Shown one piece after another: positions 9,080 to 17,513 of a stretch of DNA of 64,000 bases. The notes beneath the pieces are model-generated. The model did no database searches. It was given only the letters and a program-made list of their open reading frames with translations, and was not told the DNA's origin. A program made the position numbers and the translations under genes. The first letter of the stretch is position 1. Every line of letters starts with the position of its first letter. The stretch lies in the IMG/VR virus record IMGVR_UViG_3300005805_000045, positions 1-64,000 of that record; one strand, written 5' to 3'. The DNA is from a virus.

Positions 9080-10381
9080 TTATACTACTTCTTCCCAATC
9101 AAGGGAAACAAAAACATCATCACCATTTTTTTGGCCTGCTACTGCTATTGTAAAGACAGTATTTTGATTTGTCAAGCCATTTCTTTCTAACTGAAATTTG
9201 AAAACGTCATCTCCTAGATTGACAGGAGTAGATGCTTGGTTTGTGATAGACACATAACCAGAAACTAGATCAGTTCCTCCAGTGTATGTATTAGAGTTTA
9301 GTGAATACAAAACTGAAGAATCAGACCCAGCTGAAATCCAATTACCGTCAGATAATGTCGTATTGGCTATTACTTTATATCTAAGAACAGAACCAGAAGT
9401 TGATAGACCCGCTATGTGTAGACCTTTTGGCAGAACGATAGCATCTGGTCTTTCTGATTTCAATTTTACTGACAGAACAGGATAATATGTATTTGATGTT
9501 GTCAAATCATATGCTGTATTTGGATTATGTCCAACTGTTCTTGGTCGACCTTGAAGTTCATAACCACCTTCAGAAATAACTGTAGAGCAGATTTGCTTGA
9601 GTGTGCTATTGTTACTTGTATCACCTGTGTTGAATATTTCATATCTGATAGGCAAACATGCTGTAGTCATGTAAGCCTTTGTGTTTAGATTATCATTATG
9701 AAATATGTGTGCGGGAACTAACAGACCATCAACAACAAATCCACATCTAACATCACCCACACCGAGCCACTCAATATCAGCCCAAAATATGTTTGTCTTT
9801 GTTAGATTCAATCCACCATGACCAGCAGATGTTGCATAACTATTTGCACTACCATCAAAAGTGTCTTTGTTCCAATTAACCTGCTCAACTTTTGTTTCTG
9901 AAATTGTTCCTGAAGAATTTGATCTAAGAACGATATATGTGCTTGTATTGCTTCTCTCTAGATATATGCCATTCTCGTCATTATAATAACCAACTCTTTG
10001 TGTGAGATTGGTTTGTGCGTTAGCCATGGCAAATGTGTTCATCACAAGAAGTGATTTGCCTGGTTGATATGCAAAAACACGAGTTGTTTCTCTTTTCACA
10101 GAATCGGTCGATGATGTGCCGATATTCATGTCTACTGTGCTTTGATGAATCACATAAGATGTATTGGCGTTTGCTGTGCCTGTATTTGACGTAGTAAACT
10201 TTTCGTTTAGTATATAACGATTTTGTGAATCAAACAGAGTAAATGGTTGACTGATACGAAGTCTACCAAAAGCATCTGTTGCAGTACCAGATGGCGTAAT
10301 TCGATCAGAAAGACGAAATACTTCATAGATTGTTTTATTTGTTGGCAGTAGTATATTCGTATCTGATCTATACTGTGTCAT
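9080..10381 (-). CDS. Hypothetical beta-rich, probably virion-associated protein
   Basis: 433 aa, Thr/Asn/Ser-rich; DAFGRLRISQP, YQPGKS, EWLGVGDVRCGF. Confidence 0.55.
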   Translation of the reverse strand: MTQYRSDTNILLPTNKTIYEVFRLSDRITPSGTATDAFGRLRISQPFTLFDSQNRYILNEKFTTSNTGTANANTSYVIHQSTVDMNIGTSSTDSVKRETTRVFAYQPGKSLLVMNTFAMANAQTNLTQRVGYYNDENGIYLERSNTSTYIVLRSNSSGTISETKVEQVNWNKDTFDGSANSYATSAGHGGLNLTKTNIFWADIEWLGVGDVRCGFVVDGLLVPAHIFHNDNLNTKAYMTTACLPIRYEIFNTGDTSNNSTLKQICSTVISEGGYELQGRPRTVGHNPNTAYDLTTSNTYYPVLSVKLKSERPDAIVLPKGLHIAGLSTSGSVLRYKVIANTTLSDGNWISAGSDSSVLYSLNSNTYTGGTDLVSGYVSITNQASTPVNLGDDVFKFQLERNGLTNQNTVFTIAVAGQKNGDDVFVSLDWEEVV

Positions 10382-10791
10382 TTGGGTTCTCTTTTACTTT
10401 TTCCTATTGTATATTTAGTTATCAGAGCCCAGTCATGCTTCTCTTTGTGTGAAATGATTTTTACTTGACTGAGAGGTGCCAAAGGTGATTCAGTCTTCTT
10501 TGGCTCAACCAGTTCTACTAGACCCCAATCACTCAACAGATTGGCAATCGTATTGCGTCTAGCCTTATCGTCTTCGGTATAGTCTGATCTCTTGCCATCT
10601 AGAAGGAAGAGTTCTTTGAAATGGGTAATATAATATTTACCTTGTTTGTGAAGAATATGACAGGACTGATATAGAGTTTTGCTTTTATGTGATGCAGACG
10701 CAACACCAATTCTTGAGAGTGTTTCACGGACTTTCAGAAAGTCATCAGGTTCCGCTAGTCTTACCTCTACTAATTCGCTTATGTTCAACAT
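10378..10791 (-). CDS. regA: Translational repressor RegA
   Basis: DDFLKVRETLSRIGVAS, LYQSCHILHKQGKYYITHFKELFLLDG. Confidence 0.96.
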   Translation of the reverse strand: MLNISELVEVRLAEPDDFLKVRETLSRIGVASASHKSKTLYQSCHILHKQGKYYITHFKELFLLDGKRSDYTEDDKARRNTIANLLSDWGLVELVEPKKTESPLAPLSQVKIISHKEKHDWALITKYTIGKSKREPK

Positions 10792-11164
10792 TCAAACCAC
10801 CTTTATCAATTTTTTTCTTTATAGCATTAATTTGATCATCATGTAAAACTGACAAAATCTCTTTGGCCTTTTCATTGGAGCACTGATAGTACTCTTTTAG
10901 AATATCAAGATTTTCAGTGACCTCACGCTTTTGCCATTTTTGAAATGGTCTTTTATATGGCCTAATGCTATTTAGAAAATAGTGGTATTGTAGTTTTCGA
11001 TCTATGTGCGGCACCATGTTCATCTGATTGGCTTGCATGATGCAGTCATAGTGATGTGACAAAGCACGATTGACGACGAAGGGAACATAATCCCCCTCGT
11101 CCAATAGAACGTCTTTTTTGGTCTGAAGAATAGATGGTACGATGTCTTTGAATAGATCAGCCAT
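10745..11164 (-). CDS. gp62: Clamp loader small subunit gp62
   Basis: YVPFVVNRALS, LQYHYFLNSIR, KEYY; synteny with regA. Confidence 0.92.
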   Translation of the reverse strand: MADLFKDIVPSILQTKKDVLLDEGDYVPFVVNRALSHHYDCIMQANQMNMVPHIDRKLQYHYFLNSIRPYKRPFQKWQKREVTENLDILKEYYQCSNEKAKEILSVLHDDQINAIKKKIDKGGLNVEHKRISRGKTSGT

Positions 11165-11167
11165 TGA

Positions 11168-11668
11168 TTATTTCTTTATCTTTTTGTTGAATCTAGCATT
11201 CACTAGCGGTGCAACATATTCGTCCATGTATAGATCATCGATATTATTTCCATGCTTATCTGGAAAATCTTTCAGAGCAAGAAACTTAAAATGAATTTTC
11301 TTGAAAGAAATACCATGATGTCTTGCTTTTGTACCTGCAGAATGTGTTTCATCGTGTCGCAGACAATCACATAAACCTTTCATAAATCGCCTAACTCTAT
11401 TCTCTACGCTGTTATCTGATCTTCCGGTATATAAACAATTATCAGATGCTGGATATTCTTCAAATAATACATAGATGCCTGGTTCAGTAAAAATACCACT
11501 TGATACTCTATTCCCATCACAGAAGTATGAGAGTCCAATACCAGATGTCTTGAAGTCTATGTAATCGACTTCAATTCTATATGTTGGTCGATTCATACCA
11601 GCAAGAATGAGTTTCTTAGCATAGTCTTGGTTCGAGAGATATACATCTCCAAAGAGTGTCATTGCCAT
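11168..11668 (-). CDS. GIY-YIG-like nuclease domain protein
   Basis: PGIYVLFE...CLYTGRS...RVRRF. Confidence 0.5.
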   Translation of the reverse strand: MAMTLFGDVYLSNQDYAKKLILAGMNRPTYRIEVDYIDFKTSGIGLSYFCDGNRVSSGIFTEPGIYVLFEEYPASDNCLYTGRSDNSVENRVRRFMKGLCDCLRHDETHSAGTKARHHGISFKKIHFKFLALKDFPDKHGNNIDDLYMDEYVAPLVNARFNKKIKK

Positions 11669-11669
11669 T

Positions 11670-12614
11670 TTATTTCACCTCACAATCAACCATGATCTCA
11701 GTTAGACAAGCCACTAGATTGATCTCTTGGTCAGGAACAAAGGCACTCTGATACTGATACTTGGCCAGAATAACAACTGCTTGTGGAATGCTTTCTGGCT
11801 TTAGATACTCATACAGTCCATCATAAATTTTCCGATACACTCGTGCTGGATCAATGTCAGAGTTTACAACAACCCACTTGCGCATCTCAGCAAAGTTCTT
11901 TTCTTTGAGATGCTTGATCAGATCGGAAATGTTTTTGACATCCACAACCTGAGCAAGAATACCAGCATCAATCATACCACGACTTGCATACCTTTGCAAC
12001 TCGTTTAGTGTTCTCCGATAGTCTGGAAAATACTTTTCGACAATCTTGACGATGACATTCTTATCAAACTCAACCTTCTCATTCTTCAAAATCTCACACA
12101 GCCGCTTGAAGAACAAAGCAGCCATCTTTGGCTTCTCACTGTTCTGAAGTGAAAAGTCAATGACAGAACACCTGGAATGCAGGGCATCAATCAATCGAGA
12201 CTTGAAGTTACAGGTAAAGATGAAGGTACAATTTGATGAAAATTCTTCGATGGCACCACGCAGACCAGCTTGTGCTTCTGGTGTGATGTAATCAGCCTCG
12301 TCTAGAATGATGACTTTGCGTGTACCAGCGAATGAAATTGTTGATGCATAGCCCTTGATCTTTGTTCGTAGTGTATCAATACCTCGTTCTTCAGATGAGT
12401 TGATAAACAAATAATCAAGACCGATCTCCTCACACATGGCCACAGCAACGGTGGTTTTACCCACCCCTGCCGTGCCAGTTAGCATCAAATTAGGAACATT
12501 CTTTGTATTCACATATTCTTGAAATACTGCCTTCAATCGATCGGGCAGAATACAGTCATTCACAGTTTGTGGACGATACTTCTCGACCCACAAATATTCA
12601 TCACGAAAATTCAT
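11670..12614 (-). CDS. gp44: Clamp loader large subunit gp44
   Basis: LWVEKYRP, GTAGVGKTT, IILDEAD, SRC. Confidence 0.97.
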   Translation of the reverse strand: MNFRDEYLWVEKYRPQTVNDCILPDRLKAVFQEYVNTKNVPNLMLTGTAGVGKTTVAVAMCEEIGLDYLFINSSEERGIDTLRTKIKGYASTISFAGTRKVIILDEADYITPEAQAGLRGAIEEFSSNCTFIFTCNFKSRLIDALHSRCSVIDFSLQNSEKPKMAALFFKRLCEILKNEKVEFDKNVIVKIVEKYFPDYRRTLNELQRYASRGMIDAGILAQVVDVKNISDLIKHLKEKNFAEMRKWVVVNSDIDPARVYRKIYDGLYEYLKPESIPQAVVILAKYQYQSAFVPDQEINLVACLTEIMVDCEVK

Positions 12615-12624
12615 ATCTTCTCCT

Positions 12625-12915
12625 TCAGGTTTTGGAGATTAGAACAGAATAAAATTCTTCGAATGTCTTGTTCTCTTCGGACTCTTGATTGAAGTTAGCC
12701 TTGAAGTATGTTTTGGCTAAACGACGAACTAGCTTCTTATCAAGACCCAGCTTCTCGGCAACATCATTGATGCCTTCTTTCTGTAGTTCACGTTCAGCAG
12801 CAGCCCGTGTCATAGAGTCATTCAACTCTTGAATAGCCTTCTTGAGTTGCTGCTTTTGTTCGGATGAAAGAGAGTTGACATTCACACTTGATTGATTGTG
12901 TCCGATCACTGACAT
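12625..12915 (-). CDS. dsbA: T4 DsbA-like dsDNA-binding protein
   Basis: Helical; AEKLGLDKKLVRRLAKTYFKANF...FEEFY pattern. Confidence 0.75.
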   Translation of the reverse strand: MSVIGHNQSSVNVNSLSSEQKQQLKKAIQELNDSMTRAAAERELQKEGINDVAEKLGLDKKLVRRLAKTYFKANFNQESEENKTFEEFYSVLISKT

Positions 12916-13568
12916 TATTTTGTCTCCAGTGCTACGAAGTAAACTAGCTTGCGATTGCGACTTGTGAACTTGGCAAATTTACCAGTCTTGACTTCAACAA
13001 GATAATCATCTGGAATCATCTTGATGTTTTCAGTCTTGAGTGAGATAGTAAACTCAGCACCAGTCCAGTCACCCATACGTGTCTTGGCATAGTTTGATGA
13101 TGCGTTGTTCTTATCATGTGCTTGCAAGAACAAACCACCAGCATTACCAGACACAGACAAGAATGGCAGTGTGTTCATAGATGCTAGACGTAGGATCTTG
13201 GCGATGATAGCTGAACTCAAATCAAAGATAGCATCTGGTTCATCAATCGACAGTGACTTGTCTGGTGGTGAAATGATAAGTTCTGGTGAACATGGCTTAA
13301 AGTTCAGAGTGAATGTGCCATCTGATAGAACACCCTCTTCCTTAGAGAATGTAACTTCTGGCTTGTCGAGGGTCGAGATGTTGCCCAGAAACAGATTGAG
13401 ATCATAGATTCCAAACTTGATTGGCATGGAATCATCCAACTCAGCTTCCACAAGAACGGACTTTTCTGGTGACATGGTACGTTGAAGTGTACCTGGATTG
13501 AGAACTAGACCAGAGTTGATTGTTGAGAAGTTCTTGAGGACAGTCATAGTGTATTCAGAAAGTTTCAT
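12915..13568 (-). CDS. gp45: Sliding clamp gp45
   Basis: MKLSEYTMTVLKNFSTINSG, FGIYDLNLFL, YFVALE. Confidence 0.95.
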   Translation of the reverse strand: MKLSEYTMTVLKNFSTINSGLVLNPGTLQRTMSPEKSVLVEAELDDSMPIKFGIYDLNLFLGNISTLDKPEVTFSKEEGVLSDGTFTLNFKPCSPELIISPPDKSLSIDEPDAIFDLSSAIIAKILRLASMNTLPFLSVSGNAGGLFLQAHDKNNASSNYAKTRMGDWTGAEFTISLKTENIKMIPDDYLVEVKTGKFAKFTSRNRKLVYFVALETK

Positions 13569-13601
13569 ATCAAAGATTCTCCTTTGTTGGAAGATAGGTC
13601 A

Positions 13602-13630
13602 ATTATACATCAGGCTGGCATAACTTGCAA
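13602..13630 (-). promoter_or_regulatory. sigma70-type promoter for gp45 operon
   Basis: TTGCAA-N17-TATAAT. Confidence 0.7.
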
Positions 13631-14227
13631 GCACTTTTCTACGAGTTTAGCCAGTGTTTGCTTGTTACTGTCATTGTGGATTGTAGCGTCAGGTTTAGTT
13701 CCTATCCATGCCCATTCAGACACATGAACGTCAGGATATTTCTGTGGCATCTCATTAGTATTGAGCATGTTATGATTATACGCTGTATCGTACCAAACTG
13801 GATTTGGTCCTCTCTGGATTCGAATCAACTTGCCACCTAGTCTTTGAATGCATTCGATCTCATTTGGAAAACGAACATCAGTAATCACAACATTATCTTT
13901 GCCAGCGATCTTACTTTCGAGTGAATGCACCCAGATGTTTTGATTGATCACATTGCGCATTGCATCGGTACCAACTTGCTGTAGAATCATGCGAGGTGTG
14001 ATATCACGACCAAAACGGGCACTCCAGAAAACATCAACTTTTTCACGAAACGCACGACTAGGTTCTGTATCTCCTTCTAGCAATGCACGATCCCAGTTGA
14101 AGATAACTGAGACAGCATCTTTGAGACTATCGGCAAAAGCATATTGTTGATATCCATAGTTCTGCACCAGAATATCACCAACAGTGCTTTTGCCCGCTCC
14201 TGCAAATCCAAGCAGTCCGATCAGCAC
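13610..14227 (-). CDS. gp1: Deoxynucleoside monophosphate kinase (gp1), GTG start
   Basis: GFAGAGKST, FADSLK, TPRMILQQVGT, ITDVRFPNE, HVSE. Confidence 0.93.
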   Translation of the reverse strand: MLIGLLGFAGAGKSTVGDILVQNYGYQQYAFADSLKDAVSVIFNWDRALLEGDTEPSRAFREKVDVFWSARFGRDITPRMILQQVGTDAMRNVINQNIWVHSLESKIAGKDNVVITDVRFPNEIECIQRLGGKLIRIQRGPNPVWYDTAYNHNMLNTNEMPQKYPDVHVSEWAWIGTKPDATIHNDSNKQTLAKLVEKCLQVMPA

Positions 14228-14904
14228 TGAACGTCTCCTTTTTTTCGTTTAGGATTTTTTTGAGGTCCCCGAGGACCTCGCATTTTATTTTTAGTCTCTT
14301 CAGTATGTTTTTGCAAGCCTGTTTTACCCTTATTCCAAGGAATATTGCCGATTAAACTTTCACTCATTTTCTTTCTGGATTCTTGAGTGTGTTTTTTCCC
14401 TGATATATATGGCATTTTACCTATGTTTGCTTCTCCTGCTTTTTTTCTATTTTCGGGATTAGAAAATTGAAGAATTGCTTTTTTTCGCAATTTTTCTTTT
14501 GTTGCTTCCGAAATAGTTTTGCCTTTTTGTGATTCGACGAATCTTTGCCATGCTTCGGATGTTTCTAATGTCTTCTTTCGTTTTTCTACTATAGTAGATA
14601 TTTTATTTACATCAGAAGACCAGTGTCCCCATTTGTGTTGTCTTAGATTATAATATTTTTTACCTAAATCGTTTATAGAAATCATCTGCAACCATCTGTG
14701 TTCTTCAACTAAGAGATCATTTCTATTAGTGTAAACTTTGGTAATAATGCGTCGTTTGAAATCTTCTGGTCTACGTCTGTACGCATCACGCATTCTGTTA
14801 GACGAACAAATATAACCATCATCTACTGTTCCCCAGTGACTGCCAAGATAGTACATTTTTCGTTTACGATCATACCAAATATAAATAAATCCATATTTTT
14901 CCAC
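14221..14904 (-). mobile_element. Free-standing Seg-like GIY-YIG homing endonuclease
   Basis: GFIYIW...YYLGSH...YICSS...E...YYNL, plus NUMOD3-like HTQESRKKMS repeats. Confidence 0.88.
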
Positions 14905-14906
14905 TG

Positions 14907-14944
14907 AAATATCTCCTTTGATGTTATCTCTGGAGATATTTAGT
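14907..14944 (-). promoter_or_regulatory. Late promoter ACTAAATA overlapping an SD-occluding hairpin
   Basis: AAATATCTCC...GGAGATATTT stem contains the GGAG SD. Confidence 0.7.
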
Positions 14945-14957
14945 AAAACCGAGTGTT

Positions 14958-15791
14958 CTATAACGATCCAGTTAGAGCCGCAATCTTAGGCATATCGCCA
15001 GTGAACGCATAGGTACCAACGTGCTGTGTCTTCATCCATGGGCACAGCCAAATCTTACCACCGATAGCTCGCCAATATTGACAGAACATGTAGTCTTCGG
15101 AAAGATAACGATGGCTATCAGGATCAATTACAGTGTCAAAGTACGCATGAATGTAGCGTGAACCATCAAAGTTAGCTTGACCAACATGATCAGGTTTGTA
15201 GTTCAGGTGTGGATATTCTTCTTTGAACTTGTCAAACACAGCTCGTTTGATCATCATGAAGCCTGTGCCGATTTCCATGACTTCGAGTGGCTCAGTCACT
15301 TTGAAGGACTTTGTACCAGGAACTGGGTTGAACACATATTCACCAGTCACACCCTCAAGCTCTCCTGGATTGAACTTGCTTTCATCAAAATCTTTGTTAC
15401 CGATCAATCCTTTTGATGCTTTCCACACTGCACCCCAGTTGATTGACTTCTTGGGATATGGTCCACCAATTACATCTTTGTCCATTGCAATCAGAGCAAG
15501 CACATCTTCTGGATTGAATAGAATGTCCGAGTCGATAAACAACATATGTGTAAAGCCTGACCGAATAAACTCATCAACCAGATAATTACGAGCACGAGTA
15601 ATCAGAGATTCATTGAAAAGAAACGAGAAGCGGCACTCTACGCCATACTTCAAACAAAGTCCTTGCAGATCGAGGCAGGCTTTCATGTATAGACCAACAC
15701 AGTTTCCGCCATACATTGGTGTTGCGATGAATAGTTTAACTTTACGCAGTTCTTCAGGGCTGAAGACTTCAGGGCTGATGCGAATTTCCAT
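14958..15791 (-). CDS. Conserved T4-like GT-A fold protein
   Basis: IATPMYGG, NESLITRARN, MLFIDSDI, GTGFMMIKR, YLSEDYMFC. Confidence 0.7.
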   Translation of the reverse strand: MEIRISPEVFSPEELRKVKLFIATPMYGGNCVGLYMKACLDLQGLCLKYGVECRFSFLFNESLITRARNYLVDEFIRSGFTHMLFIDSDILFNPEDVLALIAMDKDVIGGPYPKKSINWGAVWKASKGLIGNKDFDESKFNPGELEGVTGEYVFNPVPGTKSFKVTEPLEVMEIGTGFMMIKRAVFDKFKEEYPHLNYKPDHVGQANFDGSRYIHAYFDTVIDPDSHRYLSEDYMFCQYWRAIGGKIWLCPWMKTQHVGTYAFTGDMPKIAALTGSL

Positions 15792-15846
15792 AATGTGGGC
15801 ACTCCGATAATGATATAGAATTGTGGGAAGAGATAATCATCTCAGT

Positions 15847-15875
15847 ATTATATAGCAACAAAAATCATATGTCAA
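15847..15875 (-). promoter_or_regulatory. Consensus sigma70 promoter
   Basis: TTGACA-N17-TATAAT. Confidence 0.85.
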
Positions 15876-15877
15876 AT

Positions 15878-15910
15878 AAAAAAAAGGAGGAAGCATTTAG
15901 CTTCCCCCCT
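15878..15910 (-). terminator. Rho-independent terminator
   Basis: G-rich/GGAAGC...GCTTCCTCC stem followed by a T run on the minus strand. Confidence 0.8.
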
Positions 15911-15929
15911 CTTATAAACGTAATGATGA

Positions 15930-16157
15930 TTATGCGGCTCGTGAATTACCACCGAAACGATAATACATCTTACGCTCGCCATTGACCTTACGATAGTTGC
16001 TGTAGATCAGCCGACCCTCGAGGTTCCGAAGATCGCTTACACGCTTGTAAACGTTCTCCAGAGGCACATTCGCCAGCTTGGCAAGACGACGTGGTGTGAT
16101 ACCAGCGCCAGTGTTGTTGCGACGAAGATGCTTGGCGACACGGGTAAGTTGAGACAT
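15930..16157 (-). CDS. Small basic winged-HTH-like protein
   Basis: ITPRRLAKLANVPLENVYKRVSDLR followed by a beta wing; AGGAG SD. Confidence 0.65.
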   Translation of the reverse strand: MSQLTRVAKHLRRNNTGAGITPRRLAKLANVPLENVYKRVSDLRNLEGRLIYSNYRKVNGERKMYYRFGGNSRAA

Positions 16158-16246
16158 ACAGTTTCTCCTAAAAAGCCACGGTTGAAAGTGAGTTGGGATT
16201 GTGTGGCATCAACCCCAACTATTAGTAGGTATGCCCTACCAATTCT

Positions 16247-17428
16247 TTAGAACTTGACTTCGCCAGTAACAGGCGGTTCAGTACCAGGTGCAGGAAGATT
16301 GCTGCCGTCCAGCTTCTGGTAAAGTTCCATGAATGACCGCTTGGTATCAACATCAAAGCGGTTCAAGCAAAGCTCGATTGCCTTGGTCTGGTTGCCAAAG
16401 ATACCGTATGCTTCGCAGATATGTACGAGACGACGGGTCGAGATGATTTCGGTAACCGCACCCTCGATAAACGACTTGCGGATGACCTCAGCCCAACCGA
16501 CCAACTTATCAACAAAGTCGGCATCCTCAGTACCAATCGAAGCCAGCACATTGCTGAGGATCTTCGCTTCGATCTTCCACTGCGGATATTCCTGCTCAAG
16601 GGTAATGCTGAACCGCTCAAGGAAGGCTTCGTTCATAACGTTGGTACCGATGAAACGTCCATCGTCCGAACCCTTGCCCTTGGTGTTAGCAGTGGCGATC
16701 ACATTGAAGCCCTTGGCGGGTGTGATCAATTTGTTGATCTTTTTGAGGAAGATCGACTTGCCTTCAAGCACGGGCTGGAGGCACATAAGTTTATTCGAAC
16801 CAAGATCAACCTCGTCGAGGAGCAGGACAGCACCACGTTCCATGGCATTGATAACTGGACCATTCTGCCAAACAGTACGACCGTCGATCAATCGGAAACC
16901 ACCGAGCAAATCATCCTCGTCGGTCTCGACAGTAATGTTCACACGGATGCATTCACGCCTTTCAGCGGCACACACCTGCTCGACCATCATAGTCTTACCG
17001 TTGCCAGACAGACCGGTGATATACATCGGGTAAAAACGGGCACTTGCGACAATCTTGCGGACGTCGGCAAAGTGACCGAACGGAACATAACCTTCAGCCC
17101 GCTTCGGCACCAGACTGACCGAGTCTGCCTGAAAATGGGGCATCTGGACATGCGGCATCGGCACTACAGTAGATGCCATGGCCACAGTTTCAGCCTCGAT
17201 GACGGGCTTAGACTTGACTGCCTTAGACTTGACGTCGGCCTTCATACCAGCGGCCACAAGGGAATACGAACCACGACCAGCACGGTAGTCAGGGTTGGTG
17301 GTGAGCCATGCAGGCATGTTTACGCCCTGGGCATCGCATACATCCACAATCTGTTGGCGAGTGATGACGTCGATATTGCCAAGTTCGGCAACAACGGCAG
17401 CAAAGAAGCGGTCACGAGCCTTAGACAT
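16247..17428 (-). CDS. MoxR/CobS-like AAA+ ATPase
   Basis: GLSGNGKT, LLLDEVD, ATANTKG, NEAFLERF, STRRL; ATG 17428 follows AAGGA. Confidence 0.9.
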   Translation of the reverse strand: MSKARDRFFAAVVAELGNIDVITRQQIVDVCDAQGVNMPAWLTTNPDYRAGRGSYSLVAAGMKADVKSKAVKSKPVIEAETVAMASTVVPMPHVQMPHFQADSVSLVPKRAEGYVPFGHFADVRKIVASARFYPMYITGLSGNGKTMMVEQVCAAERRECIRVNITVETDEDDLLGGFRLIDGRTVWQNGPVINAMERGAVLLLDEVDLGSNKLMCLQPVLEGKSIFLKKINKLITPAKGFNVIATANTKGKGSDDGRFIGTNVMNEAFLERFSITLEQEYPQWKIEAKILSNVLASIGTEDADFVDKLVGWAEVIRKSFIEGAVTEIISTRRLVHICEAYGIFGNQTKAIELCLNRFDVDTKRSFMELYQKLDGSNLPAPGTEPPVTGEVKF

Positions 17429-17456
17429 TTGAGTTCCTTTCTCAGTTGATGGCATC

Positions 17457-17484
17457 ATTATACATGGATGGTCGGGTAAGTCAA
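17457..17484 (-). promoter_or_regulatory. sigma70-type promoter
   Basis: TTGACT-N16-TATAAT. Confidence 0.7.
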
Positions 17485-17513
17485 GCACTTTGTTACTGGT
17501 GGAATACGATTTT

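Noticed and set aside
16329-17449. Long plus-strand ORFs (234 and 342 aa) opposite the AAA gene, and other antisense ORFs in the track
   Set aside because: Shadow frames of real genes, favoured by higher GC; no motifs or SD
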